In this document: positions 13,346-26,518 of the stretch, piece by piece | How the letters are laid out: every line of letters starts with the position of its first letter | How positions within the stretch are numbered: position 1 is the first letter of the stretch | NCBI GenBank assembly: GCA_964016885.1 | Contig: OZ024746.1 | Coordinates: 41,354,001-41,418,000, forward strand | DNA: 64,000 bases | Direction: 5' to 3' | Source: Eledone cirrhosa | Taxonomy: Eukaryota | Notes under the pieces: generated by a model | The model's input: the letters and a program-made list of their open reading frames with translations, nothing else | Told to the model about the DNA's origin: nothing | Databases searched by the model: none | Program-made: the position numbers and the translations under genes

Positions 13346-14028
13346 TAACAATAATAAAAAAAAGAACATTAATAATGATAATCATTTTTTATATTTTTCA
13401 TACATACACACACATGAACAAACACACACACATACATATAAGTATAAATATATGATGATGATGATGATGATGATGATGCTATATATGTATTTATATAATT
13501 CATTTTCTTTTCTTTACAGATGAAAATATGTAATGATAATGAATTTGTGGTACTCATACCTTTCTGAAAATTAAAAACAATAACAACCTAAATTTCTTTT
13601 AAATAAAAAAAAAAAAAGATTTGATTTTCGAAAAAAGAACTAAAAACAAAACTGAACAAAAAATAACACCAAACCAAACCAAACCAAACCAAACCAAACC
13701 AAACCAAACCATAGAGAAAAAAACAAAACAAAATAAAATAACAAGAATGAACACAAATTTAAAACAAAACTATGATAGACAGAAAAAGAAAGAAAGAAAG
13801 AAAGAGAGAAAGAAAGAAAGAAAGAAGAAAATAGAGAAAGTGAAAGTGAAAGTGAAAGCATGATCTGAGCTGCTGTCTTTCTGTGGTGTATGTTAATATG
13901 TTAAGAGTGGTATGACGGCCTGAAATACGGAAATACTACTGCTACAGTTTTCTTTAGACTAGCAGGTGTAGAGTTTAAGTGGTCGACTCTACCAGTGTGT
14001 GTGTTGTTAAGTTGGTATTGAATGTAGA

Positions 14029-14098
<70 letters not shown>

Positions 14099-14155
14099 AT
14101 GTGTGTGAGAAAGAGAGAGTCAGTAAGAGTGTTTGTATGTATGCATATATATATG

Positions 14156-14195
<40 letters not shown>

Positions 14196-14217
14196 TATAT
14201 GTGTATATATATATGTG

Positions 14218-14299
<82 letters not shown>

Positions 14300-14348
14300 C
14301 ACATATATATATACACACATATATATATATATATATACATATATATAT
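14029..14348. repeat. (TA)n-rich compound microsatellite
   Basis: Direct reading. Confidence 0.95.
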
Positions 14349-14539
14349 AACGAAGGCAATGTGGTAAGGAACCAGGTGGACCATAACGCACCAAAGTACT
14401 CAATACTTGAGGTAGTAGAGTGGGTAATAGGAACCAGTAAGACCCCGACAGCTGAGCTGAAGCCGTTTCGACGGCTAATTCTCAGAATTAGCCGTCGAAA
14501 CGGCTTGAGCTCAGCTGTCGGGGTCTTACTGGTTCCTAT

Positions 14540-14542
<3 letters not shown>
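14349..14542. mobile_element. Penelope-like terminal-repeat fragment with 59-bp fold-back
   Basis: Nearly identical to 59301-59434. Arms 14424-14482 and 14484-14542 are reverse complements with 1 mismatch. Embedded in (TA)n. Confidence 0.7.
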
Positions 14543-14571
<29 letters not shown>

Positions 14572-14626
14572 GATATATACATATATTGGTATATATTATA
14601 TATATATATATATATACATATATTGG

Positions 14627-14658
<32 letters not shown>

Positions 14659-14660
14659 TT

Positions 14661-14697
<37 letters not shown>

Positions 14698-14864
14698 ATA
14701 TATATATCTATACAAATATATATATATATATTGGTATATATATATATATACATATTTGTGCATACACACACACTCTCTCACACATATGTATATATAAAGT
14801 CTGCTACATCACTGAATATTAGCCACAGTTCATGTTTGTTTGGCATAAAGTAGTGTGTGTATAT

Positions 14865-17800
14865 ATGATGTGGTGGTGGTGGTGGTGATAGTGATTGCGA
14901 TGGTGATGGTCATGGTGATGATGGTGCTAAGGGTGGTAGCGATGGTGGTGTGGGTGGTTGTGATGGTGTCGACGGGGATGATGATAGTGATGATGGTAGT
15001 GTTGTTGATGGTAGGTAACAGTAGTGCTTATGATAGTAGTGATGGTGTTAGTAGATGATAATGTTAGTGGAGATGGTTATTGTGGTGGTGGTAATGGTAG
15101 TGGTGATGATAGTACTGGTTGTTATAGACGGTAATGATGGTGGCGGTGATAGTGGTATTGATGGCAGTGGTGGTGGTGGTAGTGACGGTGATAGTGTAAG
15201 CAATGATAGAAATAGTGGTGGCAGTGTTGTTGACGATAGTAATGGTATTGATGTTGTTGATGGTAGCTATAGCACAATGACTGGGTGGTGGTGGTGACGG
15301 TGGTGGTAGGTGTTGTTGTTGTTTAGCCCCAGGCTAGCTCTGATCAACAAGACCTATATATATATCCAATGATATTCTACTCATAAGCATCCAATCTTCT
15401 TTCTTTATCAGACACAGAGTATCTAGGACTACATTATCCAACATGTCGTTCTATTTTTAAAAAGATGGTAGCGTGTGAATTGAGGCAGATTTGGTTGCTA
15501 TTTTTAGCATGTTCAGATACCATGTAAAGGCTTCCTCATTGGCGTGAGTAGTGGAAGTTGTTTTGCCCCAGGTTAGCCTTTACCAAACAGACCTATGATC
15601 AAATGTATTCCAGCTGTGACCATCTCGTCTATTTCTTGGGTGTTGGAAACGCAGGTTCACTTTACTAAAGCAGTGGTGTGCCATTTGAGGCAGATTTCGC
15701 TGTTATTTCTAGCAAGTCGAGTGGCCATTTAGAGTCTCACTTGTTTGGCTTGTCAGATGCTGGTAGTAAGTAGTCTGTGATGGTAGAATATGTTTGATGG
15801 GGGTTATATCCTAGTGAGTGTGGGTAGAGTATAGGTAATAGTGGTATTGGTGGTGGTGGTGGTGGTGGTGATAGAGATTGTGATAATGGTGGTTGTAATA
15901 GAGAGAGTGTGGCTAGAGGCAGATGGTAGTGGTGGCGATGGTGGTGATGGTAGTGGTGGTGATGGTGGTGATGGTAGTGGTGGTGATGGTGGTGATGATA
16001 GTGATGGTGGGGATGGTAGTGATGGTAATGGTGATGTGATGGTGGTGATTGTGGTGATGGTGATGGTGATGGTGATGGTGGCGATTTGATGGTGGTGGTG
16101 ATGATGGTGACGCTGGTGATGGTGGCAGTGATGGTGGTGATGGTGATGGTGATGGTGATGGTGGTGATGATGGTGATGGTGGTAGTGATGGTGGTGATGG
16201 TGGTGGTGATGGTGATGGTGGTGATGATGGTGATGGTGGTGGTGATGGTGGTGGTGATAGTGATGGTGGTGGTGATGGTGATGATTATGGTGATGGTGGT
16301 GATGGTAGTGGTGGTGATGGTAGTGATGGTTGTGATGGTAATGGTAGCGATGGTGGTGATAGTGGTGATGTGATGGTGGTGATGGTGGTGATGATAATGG
16401 CAATGGTAGTGATGGTGATGATGGTGATGGTGATGGTGACGGTGGTGATGGTTGTAATGGTGGTGGTGGTGATGGTGATGGTAGTGATGGTGATAGTGGT
16501 GATGGTGGTGATGGTTATGGTGATGGTGGTGATGGTGATGATGGTGGTGATGATGGTGATGGTGGTGGTGATGGTGATGGTGGTGATGGTAATGGTAGTG
16601 ATGGTTACGATGGTGGTGATGGTGATAGTGGTCATGGTGGCAGTAGATGGTGATGGTGGTGATGGTAATGGTAGTGATGGTTAGGATGGTGGTGATGGTG
16701 ATTAAGGGTAGATGGTGTTGGTAGTGTATGGGTGATGGCACTGGTGGTGGAGGTGGTAGTCTTACCACAGAGAGTGTGGATAGGGATAGGAGTTAGCAGA
16801 CTACAGATAGTGATGGTGATGATGGTGGTGATGGTGGTGATGGTGGTGGTGGTGGTGGTGATGGTGGTGGTGATGGTGGTGATGGTGGTGATGGTGGTGA
16901 TGGTGGTGATGGTGGTGGTGGTGATGGTGGTGGTGGTGGTGGTGGTGGTGATGGTGGTGGTGGTGGTGGTGGTGGTGATGGTGGTGATGGTGGTGATGGT
17001 GGTGGTGGTGGTGATGGTGGTGGTGGTGATGGTGGTGGTGGTGGTGGTGGTGGTGATGGTGGTGATGGCGATGGTGGTGGTGGTGGTGGCGATGGTGGTG
17101 GTGGTGGTGGTGGTGATGGTGGTGATGGTGGTGATGGTGGTGGTGGTGGTGATGGTGGTGGTGGTGATGGTGGTGGTGGTGGTGGTGGTGGTGATGGTGG
17201 TGATGGCGATGGTGGTGGTGGTGGTGGCGATGGTGGTGGTGGTGGTGGTGGTGATGGTGGTGATGGTGGTGATGGTGATGATGGTGGTGATGGTGGTGAT
17301 GGTGGTGGTGGTGGTGGTGGTGGTGGTGATGGTGGTGATGGTGGTGGTGGTGGTGGTGGTGGTGGTGATGGTGGTGGTGGTGGTGGTGGTGGTGATGGTG
17401 GTGATGGCGATGGTGGTGGTGGTGGTGGCGATGGTGGTGGTGGTGGTGGTGGTGATGGTGGTGATGGTGGTGATGGTGGTGGTGGTGGTGATGGTGGTGG
17501 TGGTGATGGTGGTGGTGGTGGTGGTGGTGGTGATGGTGGTGATGGCGATGGTGGTGGTGGTGGTGGCGATGGTGGTGGTGGTGGTGGTGGTGATGGTGGT
17601 GATGGTGGTGATGGTGATGATGGTGGTGATGGTGGTGATGGTGGTGGTGGTGGTGGTGGTGGTGGTGATGGTGGTGATGGTGGTGGTGGTGGTGGTGGTG
17701 GTGGTGATGGTGGTGATGGTGGTGGTGGTGGTGGTGGTGGCGATGGTGGTGGTGGTGGTGGTGGTGATGGTGGTGATGGTGGTGATGGTGGTGGTGGTGG

Positions 17801-20800
17801 TGATGGTGGTGGTGGTGATGGTGGTGGTGGTGGTGGTGGTGGTGATGGTGGTGATGGCGATGGTGGTGGTGGTGGTGGCGATGGTGGTGGTGGTGGTGGT
17901 GGTGATGGTGGTGATGGTGGTGATGGTGATGATGGTGGTGATGGTGGTGATGGTGGTGGTGGTGGTGGTGGTGGTGGTGATGGTGGTGATGGTGGTGGTG
18001 GTGGTGGTGGTGGTGGTGATGGTGGTGATGGTGGTGGTGGTGGTGGTGGTGGCGATGGTGGTGGTGGTGGTGGTGGTGATGGTGGTGATGGTGGTGATGG
18101 TGGTGGTGGTGGTGATGGTGGTGGTGGTGATGGTGGTGGTGGTGGTGGTGGTGGTGATGGTGGTGATGGTGGTGGTGGTGGTGGTGGTGGCGATGGTGGT
18201 GGTGGTGGTGGTGGTGATGGTGGTGATGGTGGTGATGGTGATGATGGTGGTGATGGTGGTGATGGTGGTGGTGGTGGTGGTGGTGGTGGTGATGGTGGTG
18301 ATGGTGGTGGTGGTGGTGGTGGTGGTGGTGATGGTGGTGATGGTGGTGATGGTGGTGGTGGTGGTGATGGTGGTGGTGGTGGTGATGGTGGTGGTGGTGG
18401 TGATGGTGGTGGTGGTGATGGTGGTGATGGTGGTGGTGGTGGTGATGGTGGTGATGGCGATGGTGGTGGTGGTGGTGGTGGTGATGGTGGTGGTGGTGGT
18501 GATGGTGGTGGTGGTGGTGGTGGTGGTGGTGGTGATGGTGGTGATGGTGGTGATGGTGGTGATGGTGGTGATGGCGATGGTGGTGGTGGTGGTGGTGGTG
18601 GTGGCGATGGTGGTGGTGGTGGTGGTGGTGATGGTGGTGATGGTGGTGATGGTGGCGATGGTGGTGGTGGTGATGGTGGTGATGGTGATGGTGGTGGTGG
18701 TGGTGGTGGTGGTGGCGATGGTGGTGGTGGTGGTGGTGGTGATGGTGGTGATGGTGGTGATGGCGATGGTGGTGGTGGTGGTGGTGGTGATGGTGGTGAT
18801 GGTGGTGATGGTGGCGATGGTGGTGGTGGTGATGGTGGTGATGGTGGCGATGGTGGTGGTGGTGATGGTGGTGATGGTGGCGATGGTGGTGGTGGTGATG
18901 GTGGCGATGGTGGTGATGGTGGCGATGGTGGTGGTGGTGGTGGTGGTGATGGTGGCGATGGTGGTGGCGATGGTGGTGGTGATGGTGGTGGTGATGGTAA
19001 TGGTGGTGATGGTGATGATGGTGATGGCGGTGAAGGTAGTGATGCTGGTGGTGGTGGTGATGTTGGTGATTGTTGTGGTGGTGATGGTGGTGGTGGTGGT
19101 GTTGGTGGTGATGGTGGTGATGGTGGCGATGGTGGTGATGATGGTGATGATGGTGATGGTGGTGAAGGTAGTGATGGTGGTGGTGGTGATGGTGGTGATT
19201 GTGGTGGTGGTGGTGATGGTGGTGGTGGTGATGGTGGTGGTGGTGATGGTGGTGGTGGTGATGGTGGTGATGGTGATGGTGGTGATGGTGATGGTGGTGA
19301 TGGTGATAGTGGTGATGGTGATGATGGTGATTGTGATGGTGGTGATGGTGGTGATTGTGATGGTGGTGATGGTGATGGTGGTGATGGTGATGGTGGTGAT
19401 TGTGGTGGTGGTGATTGTGGTGGTGATGATGGTGGTGGTGGTGGTGATGGTGATGGTGGTGATGGTGATGGTGGTGATGGTGATGGTGGTGATTGTGGTG
19501 GTGGTGGTGATGGTGGTGATTGTGGTGGTGATGGTGATGGTGGTGATTGTGGTGGTGATGGTGATGGTGGTGATGGTGATGGTGGTGGTGGTGATGGTGG
19601 TGATTGTGGTGGTGGTGTTGATGGTGGTGATTGTGGTGGTGATGGTGATGGTGATGGTGGTGATGGTGGTGATTGTGGTGGTGATGGTGATGGTGATGGT
19701 GGTGATGGTGGTGATTGAGGTGGTGATTGCAGTTGTACTATAGAGAATGTAGGTGGTGGTGGTGGAGGTGGGAGTACCACAGAGAATGAAAGGGTAGATG
19801 GTATCACAGAGTATGGGTTATAGGGGTGGTGGTGGTGATTGCATTGACGATACTGGATGATGGTGTTGATGTTTGTGGTGGTTGTGATGGTAATGGTAGT
19901 GATGGTAGTTGTTCCACAGAGAGTGTGAGTAGTAGTAGATGGTATTGGCAGTGTATGGGTGGTAGCGGTGGTGGTGGTGATGATGATGGTGGTTATGGTG
20001 ATAGTGATGGTGGTGATGGTGGTGATGGTTGTGATGGTAGTGCTGGTTGTGATGGTGGCGATGGTTGTGATGGTGGCGATGGTTGTGATGATATAATGGT
20101 TGTGATGGTAATGATGGTGGCAATGGTTGTGATGGTAGTGTTGGTTGTGATGGTTGTGATGGTAGGGATGGTGGTGATAGTAGTGATGGTGACGATGGTG
20201 GTGATGGTGGTGATGGTAGTGATGGTAGTGATGGTAGTGATGGTGGTGATGGTAGTGATGGTTGTGATGGTGACGATGGTGGTGATGGTTGTGCTGGTAG
20301 CAATGGTTATGATGGTAGCAATGGTTATGATGATGGTGATGGTAGGGATGGTTGTGATGGTAGCAATGGTTATGATGATGGTGATGGTAGGGATGGTTGT
20401 GATGGTAGCAATGGTTACGATGGTAGCAATGGTTATGATGATGGTGATGGTACGGATGGTTGTGATGGTAGCAATGGTTATGATGATGGTGATGGTAGGG
20501 ATGGTTGTGATGGTAGCAATGGTTATGATGATGGTGATGGTAGGGATGGTTGTGATGGTAGCAATGGTTATGATGGTAGCAATGGTTATGATGATGGTGA
20601 TGGTAGGGATGGTTGTGATGGTAGCGATGGTGTTGATTGCTGTGATAGCTGTTATAGCACAGTGAGTGAGTATAGTAGTAGCCTGTGTGAATAGAATATG
20701 AGAGATTGTAGTGGTGTTAGCTATAGTAGTGATGGAGATGGTATAATGGTTTGGGTGAAGAAATGGTGCTGAAAATTGTGATGGTTATGATATTGAAGTC

Positions 20801-20830
20801 GGAGATAGTAGTGATTCTAGTGAAGATGGT
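14865..20830. repeat. Large cryptic (GGT/GAT)n trinucleotide array
   Basis: Direct reading. The core 16810-19720 is almost pure ggt/gat/ggcgat with internally duplicated blocks. It is interrupted by two tandem copies of an unclassified repeat at ~15320-15745. Confidence 0.95.
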
Positions 20831-20845
20831 TATGATGGCACTGAG

Positions 20846-20881
<36 letters not shown>

Positions 20882-20885
<4 letters not shown>

Positions 20886-21917
20886 TCATCATCATCATCA
20901 TCAACGTTTAACGTCCGTGTTCCACGCTTGCATGGGTTTGGACGGGGGTAGTCCCACTTGAGGCAAGAGTGATTGTCTTGCTCGCATAGGACTGTCTGGC
21001 AGGTTTTCTACAGTTGGATGCCCTTCCTAACACCAACCACATTTACAGTGTGGGTCTGGGAGGTTTTTACCGTGTTGCCTACACGGCCACATTACAGCGT
21101 GGACTGTGTGTTTTTTTGTCGTGACACCTACACGATCTCATTTGTTTCGGCCTCGATGGCGCGGCACCAACATAACTTTACATAGAACGGGGTGGTGTGG
21201 ATCGGGTGGGGGTGGTGGTGGTGGGACGGGGTGTATTTTGTTAGAGATGCCTACTGGCTGGAGTAGGTTTTACTATATATTTAGGTAAGGCGGGTCTTCT
21301 CTGTTACTGAGTACCGCCAAAGGTCTCGGTCCAGTGACATTGTCTTGGAGAGGTGTAAGTGTGTGATGTCGGAGTTTATCAGCTCGTCCCAGGTTTTTCT
21401 AGGTCTGCCTATTCCGTGACTACCGTCTATCTTTATTGCCCTGCACTTTGTTATACAGCTATCGACTTTCATGCGCATCACGTGTCCATACCAACGTAGC
21501 CTTCTCTCGAGTAAACAACATCTGATCCCTCTTATCTCTAATTTTTTCCTTAGTTCGTTTATGCTTTGCCGTTCACGTATATTACTGTTACACATCCAGC
21601 GGAGCATGCAAGCTTCGTTCCTCTCTAGTCTGCGTATATCCTCTGCACACAATGCCCAGGTCTCACTGCCATGCAGCATTGCTGTTCGTATGCAGGCATC
21701 GTACAACCTGCCTTTCATTTTTAGTGAGAACCCTTTAGCAGCTAATAGTGGTATAAGCTCTCTGAACTTTTTCCAACCAGTTCTGACTCTAGCTACAGTA
21801 CTTTCAGAGCACCCTCCCCCACTGCTGATTTTATCGCCCAGGTAACGGAAGCTGTCCACTATTTCTATAGAACCCTCTGCGCAATTGAAAGAGCTAGTAG
21901 TTTGTGGGCACTTGCTG
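20882..21917 (-). mobile_element. Young 5'-truncated RTE-clade LINE, copy 1
   Basis: Intact frame IEIVDSFRYLG...MLHGSETW...RLRWYGHVMRM...GRPRKTWDE, ~380-bp 3' UTR and (GAT)n tail. (TA)n on both flanks. Near-identical to 57967-58985 and 59758-61390. Confidence 0.95.
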
Positions 21918-21930
21918 TATATATATATAA

Positions 21931-22512
21931 CAGGGCAATCAAAATTAATGGTAGTTACAGAGTAGGTAGACCCAGATAAACCTGGGACGATTTGATAAAT
22001 TCCGACCTTACACACTTGCACCTCTCTAAGACAATGTCACTGGACCGAGATCTTTGGCGCTACGCAGTAATACAGAAGACCCGCCTTGCCTATGTACAAA
22101 GCGAAACCTACAGTCAGTAGACACATCTTAACCAAATATACACCCCAATCCACTACCCCTACCCTATCCTCCCACTCCCACGAACACCACCCTCTCTCTG
22201 TAAAGTTGGTACCACAACATCCAGTCCAAATAAATGAGATAATGAGATCGAGATCATGTAGGTGTCATGACAAAAAAAAAAACACACAGTCCACGCTGTA
22301 ATGTGGCCATGTAGGTAACACAGTAAAAGTTCCCAGTCCACACTGTAAATGTGGTTGGTGTTAGGAAGGGCATCCAGCCGTAGAAAACCTGCCAGATAGT
22401 CCTATATGAGTGAGACATGGTCACCTGACAAATTTTACCTCAAGTGGGACAACTCCCGTCTAACCGATGCTAGCGTGGAAGATAGACGTTAAACAAAGAT
22501 GATGATGATGAT
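21931..22512 (+). mobile_element. RTE LINE 3' fragment, related older subfamily
   Basis: Reads RAIKINGSYRVGRPR*TWDDLINSDLTHLHLSKTMSLDRDLWRYAVIQKTRL, followed by a diverged 3' UTR and gatgatgat tail. Confidence 0.88.
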
Positions 22513-22514
22513 AA

Positions 22515-22544
22515 CATATATATATATGTTATCTATATATATAT

Positions 22545-22604
<60 letters not shown>

Positions 22605-22686
22605 ATATATATAGATAACATATATATATATGTTATCTATATATATATATATGTTATATATATAGATAACATATATATATATGTAT

Positions 22687-22737
<51 letters not shown>

Positions 22738-22750
22738 ATATATATAGATA

Positions 22751-22831
<81 letters not shown>
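22515..22831. repeat. (TA)n array with interspersed gttatctat/atagataac motifs
   Basis: Direct reading. Confidence 0.9.
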
Positions 22832-22832
<1 letters not shown>

Positions 22833-22833
<1 letters not shown>

Positions 22834-25364
22834 TGATGGTGGTTACAGTAGTGATGGTGGTGATGGTTGTGATGTTAGTGATGGTAGTGATGGTGGTGAT
22901 GATGGTGATGGTTGTGATGGGGGTGATGGTTGTGATGGCAGTGATGGTTGTGATGGTGGTGGTGGTTGGGATGGGGTTGATGGTGGTGATGGTGGTGATA
23001 GGGATGATGGTTGTGATGGGGGTGATGGTTGTGATGGCAGTGATGGTTGTGATGGTGGTGGTGGTTGTGATGGGGGTGATGGTACTGATGGTGGTGATGG
23101 TGGTGGTGGTTGGGATGGGGTTGATGGTGGTGATAGGGATGATGGTTGTGAAGGGGGTGATGGTTGTGATGGCAGTGATGGTTGTGATGGCAGTGATGGT
23201 TGTGATATTAGTGATGGTGGTGATGACGGTGATGGTGGTGATAGTGATAGTTGTGTTTATTATGATGGTTATATTGGCTGTAATGGTTGCAAATTATGAT
23301 GGTTGTGATGGTAGTGATTGCTGTGTTGGTTGTGGTGGTTGTGATGGTGGTGATGGTGGTGATTGCTGTGTTGGTTGTGGTGGTTGTGATGGTGGTGATG
23401 GTGGTGATTGCTGTGTTGGTTGTGGTGGTTGTGATGGTGGTGATGGTGGTGATTGCTGTGTTGGTTGTGGTGGTTGTGATGGTGGTGATGGTGGTGATAA
23501 TTGTGATGGTTGTGATGGTGGTGGTGGTAGTGATAGTTATAATGGTTGTGATGGTGGTGGTGGTGGTGATAGTTATGATGGTTGTGATGGTGGTGGTGGT
23601 GGTGATAGTTATGATGGTTGTGATGGTGGTGGTGGTGGTGATAGTTATGATGGTTGTGATGGTGGTGGTGGTGGTGATAATTGTGATGGTTGTGATGGTG
23701 GTGGTGGTAGTGATAGTTATGATGGTTGTGATGGTGGTGATGGTAGTGTTTGCTGTGTTGGTTGTGGTGGTTGTGATGGTGGTGATGGTGGTGATAATTG
23801 TGATGGTTGTGATGGTGGTGGTGGTGGTGATAGTTATGATGGTTGTGATGGTGGTGATGGTAGTGTTTGCTGTGTTGGTTGTGGTGGTTGTGATGGTGGT
23901 GATGGTGGTGATGGTGGTGATGGTGGTGATAATTGTGATGGTTGTGATGGTGGTGGTGGTAGTGATAGTTATAATGGTTGTGATGGTGGTGATGGTAGTG
24001 TTTGCTGTGTTGGTTGTGGTGGTTGTGATGGTGGTGATGGTGGTGATAATTGTGATGGTTGTGATGGTGGTGGTGGTGGTGATAGTTATGATGGTTGTGA
24101 TGGTGGTGATGGTAGTGTTTGCTGTGTTGGTTGTGGTGGTTGTGATGGTGGTGATGGTGGTGATAATTGTGATGGTTGTGATGGTGGTGGTGGTAGTGAT
24201 AGTTATGATGGTTGTGATGGTGGTGATGGTGGTGATAATTGTGATGGTTGTGATGGTGGTGGTGGTAGTGATAGTTATGATGGTTGTGATGGTGGTGATG
24301 GTAGTGTTTGCTGTGTTGGTTGTGGTGGTTGTGATGGTGGTGATGGTGGTGATAATTGTGATGGTTGTGATGGTGGTGGTGGTAGTGATAGTTATGATGG
24401 TTGTGATGGTGGTGATGGTGGTGATAATTGTGATGGTTGTGATGGTGGTGGTAGTGATAGTTATAATGGTTGTGATGGTGGTGATGGTAGTGTTTGCTGT
24501 GTTGGTTGTGGTGGTTGTGATGGTGGTGATGGTGGTGATAATTGTGATGGTTGTGATGGTGGTGGTGGTAGTGATAGTTATGATGGTTGTGATGGTGGTG
24601 ATGGTGGTGATAATTGTGATGGTTGTGATGGTGGTGGTGGTAGTGATAGTTATGATGGTTGTGGTGGTTGTGATGGTAGTGATTGCTGTGTTGGTTGTGG
24701 TGGTTGTGATGATGGTGATGGTGGTGATAATTGTGATGGTTGTGATGGTGGTGGTGGTAGTGATAGTTATGATGGTTGTGATGGTGGTGATGGTGGTGAT
24801 AATTGTGATGGTTGTGATGGTGGTGGTGGTAGTGATAGTTATGATGGTTGTGGTGGTTGTGATGGTAGTGATTGCTGTGTTGGTTGTGGTGGTTGTGATG
24901 GTGGTGATGGTGGTGATAATTGTGATGGTTGTGATGGTGGTGGTGGTAGTGATAGTTATGATGGTTGTGGTGGTTGTGATGGTAGTGATTGCTGTGTTGG
25001 TTGTGGTGGTTGTGATGGTGGTGATGGTGGTGATAATTGTGATGGTTGTGATGGTGGTGGTGGTAGTGATAGTTATGATGGTTGTGGTGGTTGTGATGGT
25101 AGTGATTGCTGTGTTGGTTGTGGTGGTTGTGATGGTGGTGATGGTGGTGATAATTGTGATGGTTGTGATGGTGGTGGTGGTTGTGATAGTTATGATGGTT
25201 GTGGTGGTTGTGATGATTGTGTTGCTTGTGTTGGCTGTTATGGCTGCAATGGCTGCGATGTTAGTAACAGTTTTGATGGTGTTGATGATTGTATTATAGG
25301 GAATCCATTTAGTGGTTGTGCAGGTAGCAATGGTAGTGATAGTGGTAATGGTATGAGTGATTAA
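22833..25364. repeat. GGT/GAT/TGT-derived minisatellite with higher-order units
   Basis: Recurrent modules tgctgtgttggttgtggtggttgtgat..., aattgtgatggttgtgat... and agttatgatggttgtgat... Confidence 0.9.
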
Positions 25365-26311
25365 AACCCTTTAATTGTGCTGGTGATGATAGTATCAAGT
25401 GGAAGTAGCTGATTTTATTGTTTAACCTTTAGCATTTAAACAGGGCGTATGCGGCCAGGATTCTCTTAACTCTTTCTGTTCAAACTGGCTGTAACCAGTC
25501 ACTCATACTGATGTTAAAGTAATGTTCATCTCAGTGACTTTGTCAGCCATACTTCCAGGATCGATAAAATAAAGTGCCAGTTATGTACTGGTGTTCGCTT
25601 CACTAAAATTGGTGGCCAGCAAGGCATCTTGTCTGATGCTCTAATAATTGTCAAGCCATCACCCTGGAATGGTACTTTATCTTATTGATCTTAAATGGAG
25701 TAGTGTACCCAATAGTTTCATTTTTATTTTGAACTCAGGATTTGAACTCAGAGAACAGAGCTGAGACAAATGTTGCTAAGTATTGGGTCTGACATTGTAA
25801 CAACTTTGCTACTTTAATGGCTTGTATTGAAGTTGACATTATTATTTTTGGTGATGGTATTATTCAATTAGGCGACGAATTGGCAGAGTCATTAGAACGT
25901 GGTTAGAATGCTTTATGGTATTCGTTCTGACTTTCTGCTCTTTGAGTTCAAACCCTGCCAAGGTCAACTTTTCCTTTCATCCTTTCGAGGTCGATAAAAA
26001 AGTACTAGTTTAGTCCTGGGATCGATTCTTCCTCTATATCTCTTTCTCATTTCCTCTCTCTCTCTTTCTATCTTTCTCTGGAAGAAATCTGTACTCACAC
26101 CTGGAGAGTGATAGGCTCTGCCAGGCAGGCATAAAAATGCTCAAGAAATGCTGTATGTCAACACAGCTCCCCTATAACTCTATCAGGAGTTATAGGACTA
26201 TGCCATTATTCAATTCTGTTGTTGTTATTGTTGTTATGCTGTTTCTGTGGCTATTTTTAGTGATGATACTATTCAATGCTGTTGTTGTTGTTGTTTTGGT
26301 GCTGGTATTTT

Positions 26312-26518
26312 TTTGAGGGTAGGCCTAAAAGTTAATAGGTTGTCCAAGATACTCTCATGGAATGACCAAATGAGATTTATTTTTCAACATAGTCCCTGGA
26401 AAGAAACAATGCAGTTATTAACAAGAAGAGGTGGGATTAATGCATGCGAAATTTCACAGCTCTAGCATCACTCCTTCATAATCAAATCAGCCTATGAACT
26501 TTTCAGCCGAACCCCGTA
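26312..26518. mobile_element. Mariner/Tc1-like non-autonomous element
   Basis: Imperfect TIRs: ttgagggtaggcctaaaagttaataggttg and cagcctatgaacttttcagccgaaccccgta. Ends in TA. Confidence 0.6.

Noticed and set aside
13550-13575. Minus-strand ttttcag|aaag|gtatga micro-exon or donor
   Set aside because: Motif-only and expected by chance in AT-rich DNA.
16732-19807. 1003-aa V/M-rich and 1004-aa extensin-like P/S ORFs
   Set aside because: Stop-free translations of (GGT/GAT)n, open on both strands, with no unique domain.
21918-22021. N-terminal MQVCKVGIYQ... of ORF 21281-22021
   Set aside because: Read-through into the TA spacer and the antisense strand of the neighbouring RTE fragment; not part of the LINE protein.
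22833-25364. Cys/Gly/Asp metallothionein- or keratin-like 843-aa ORF
   Set aside because: Triplet minisatellite with invariant codons directly after a (TA)n run. Not called as CDS.
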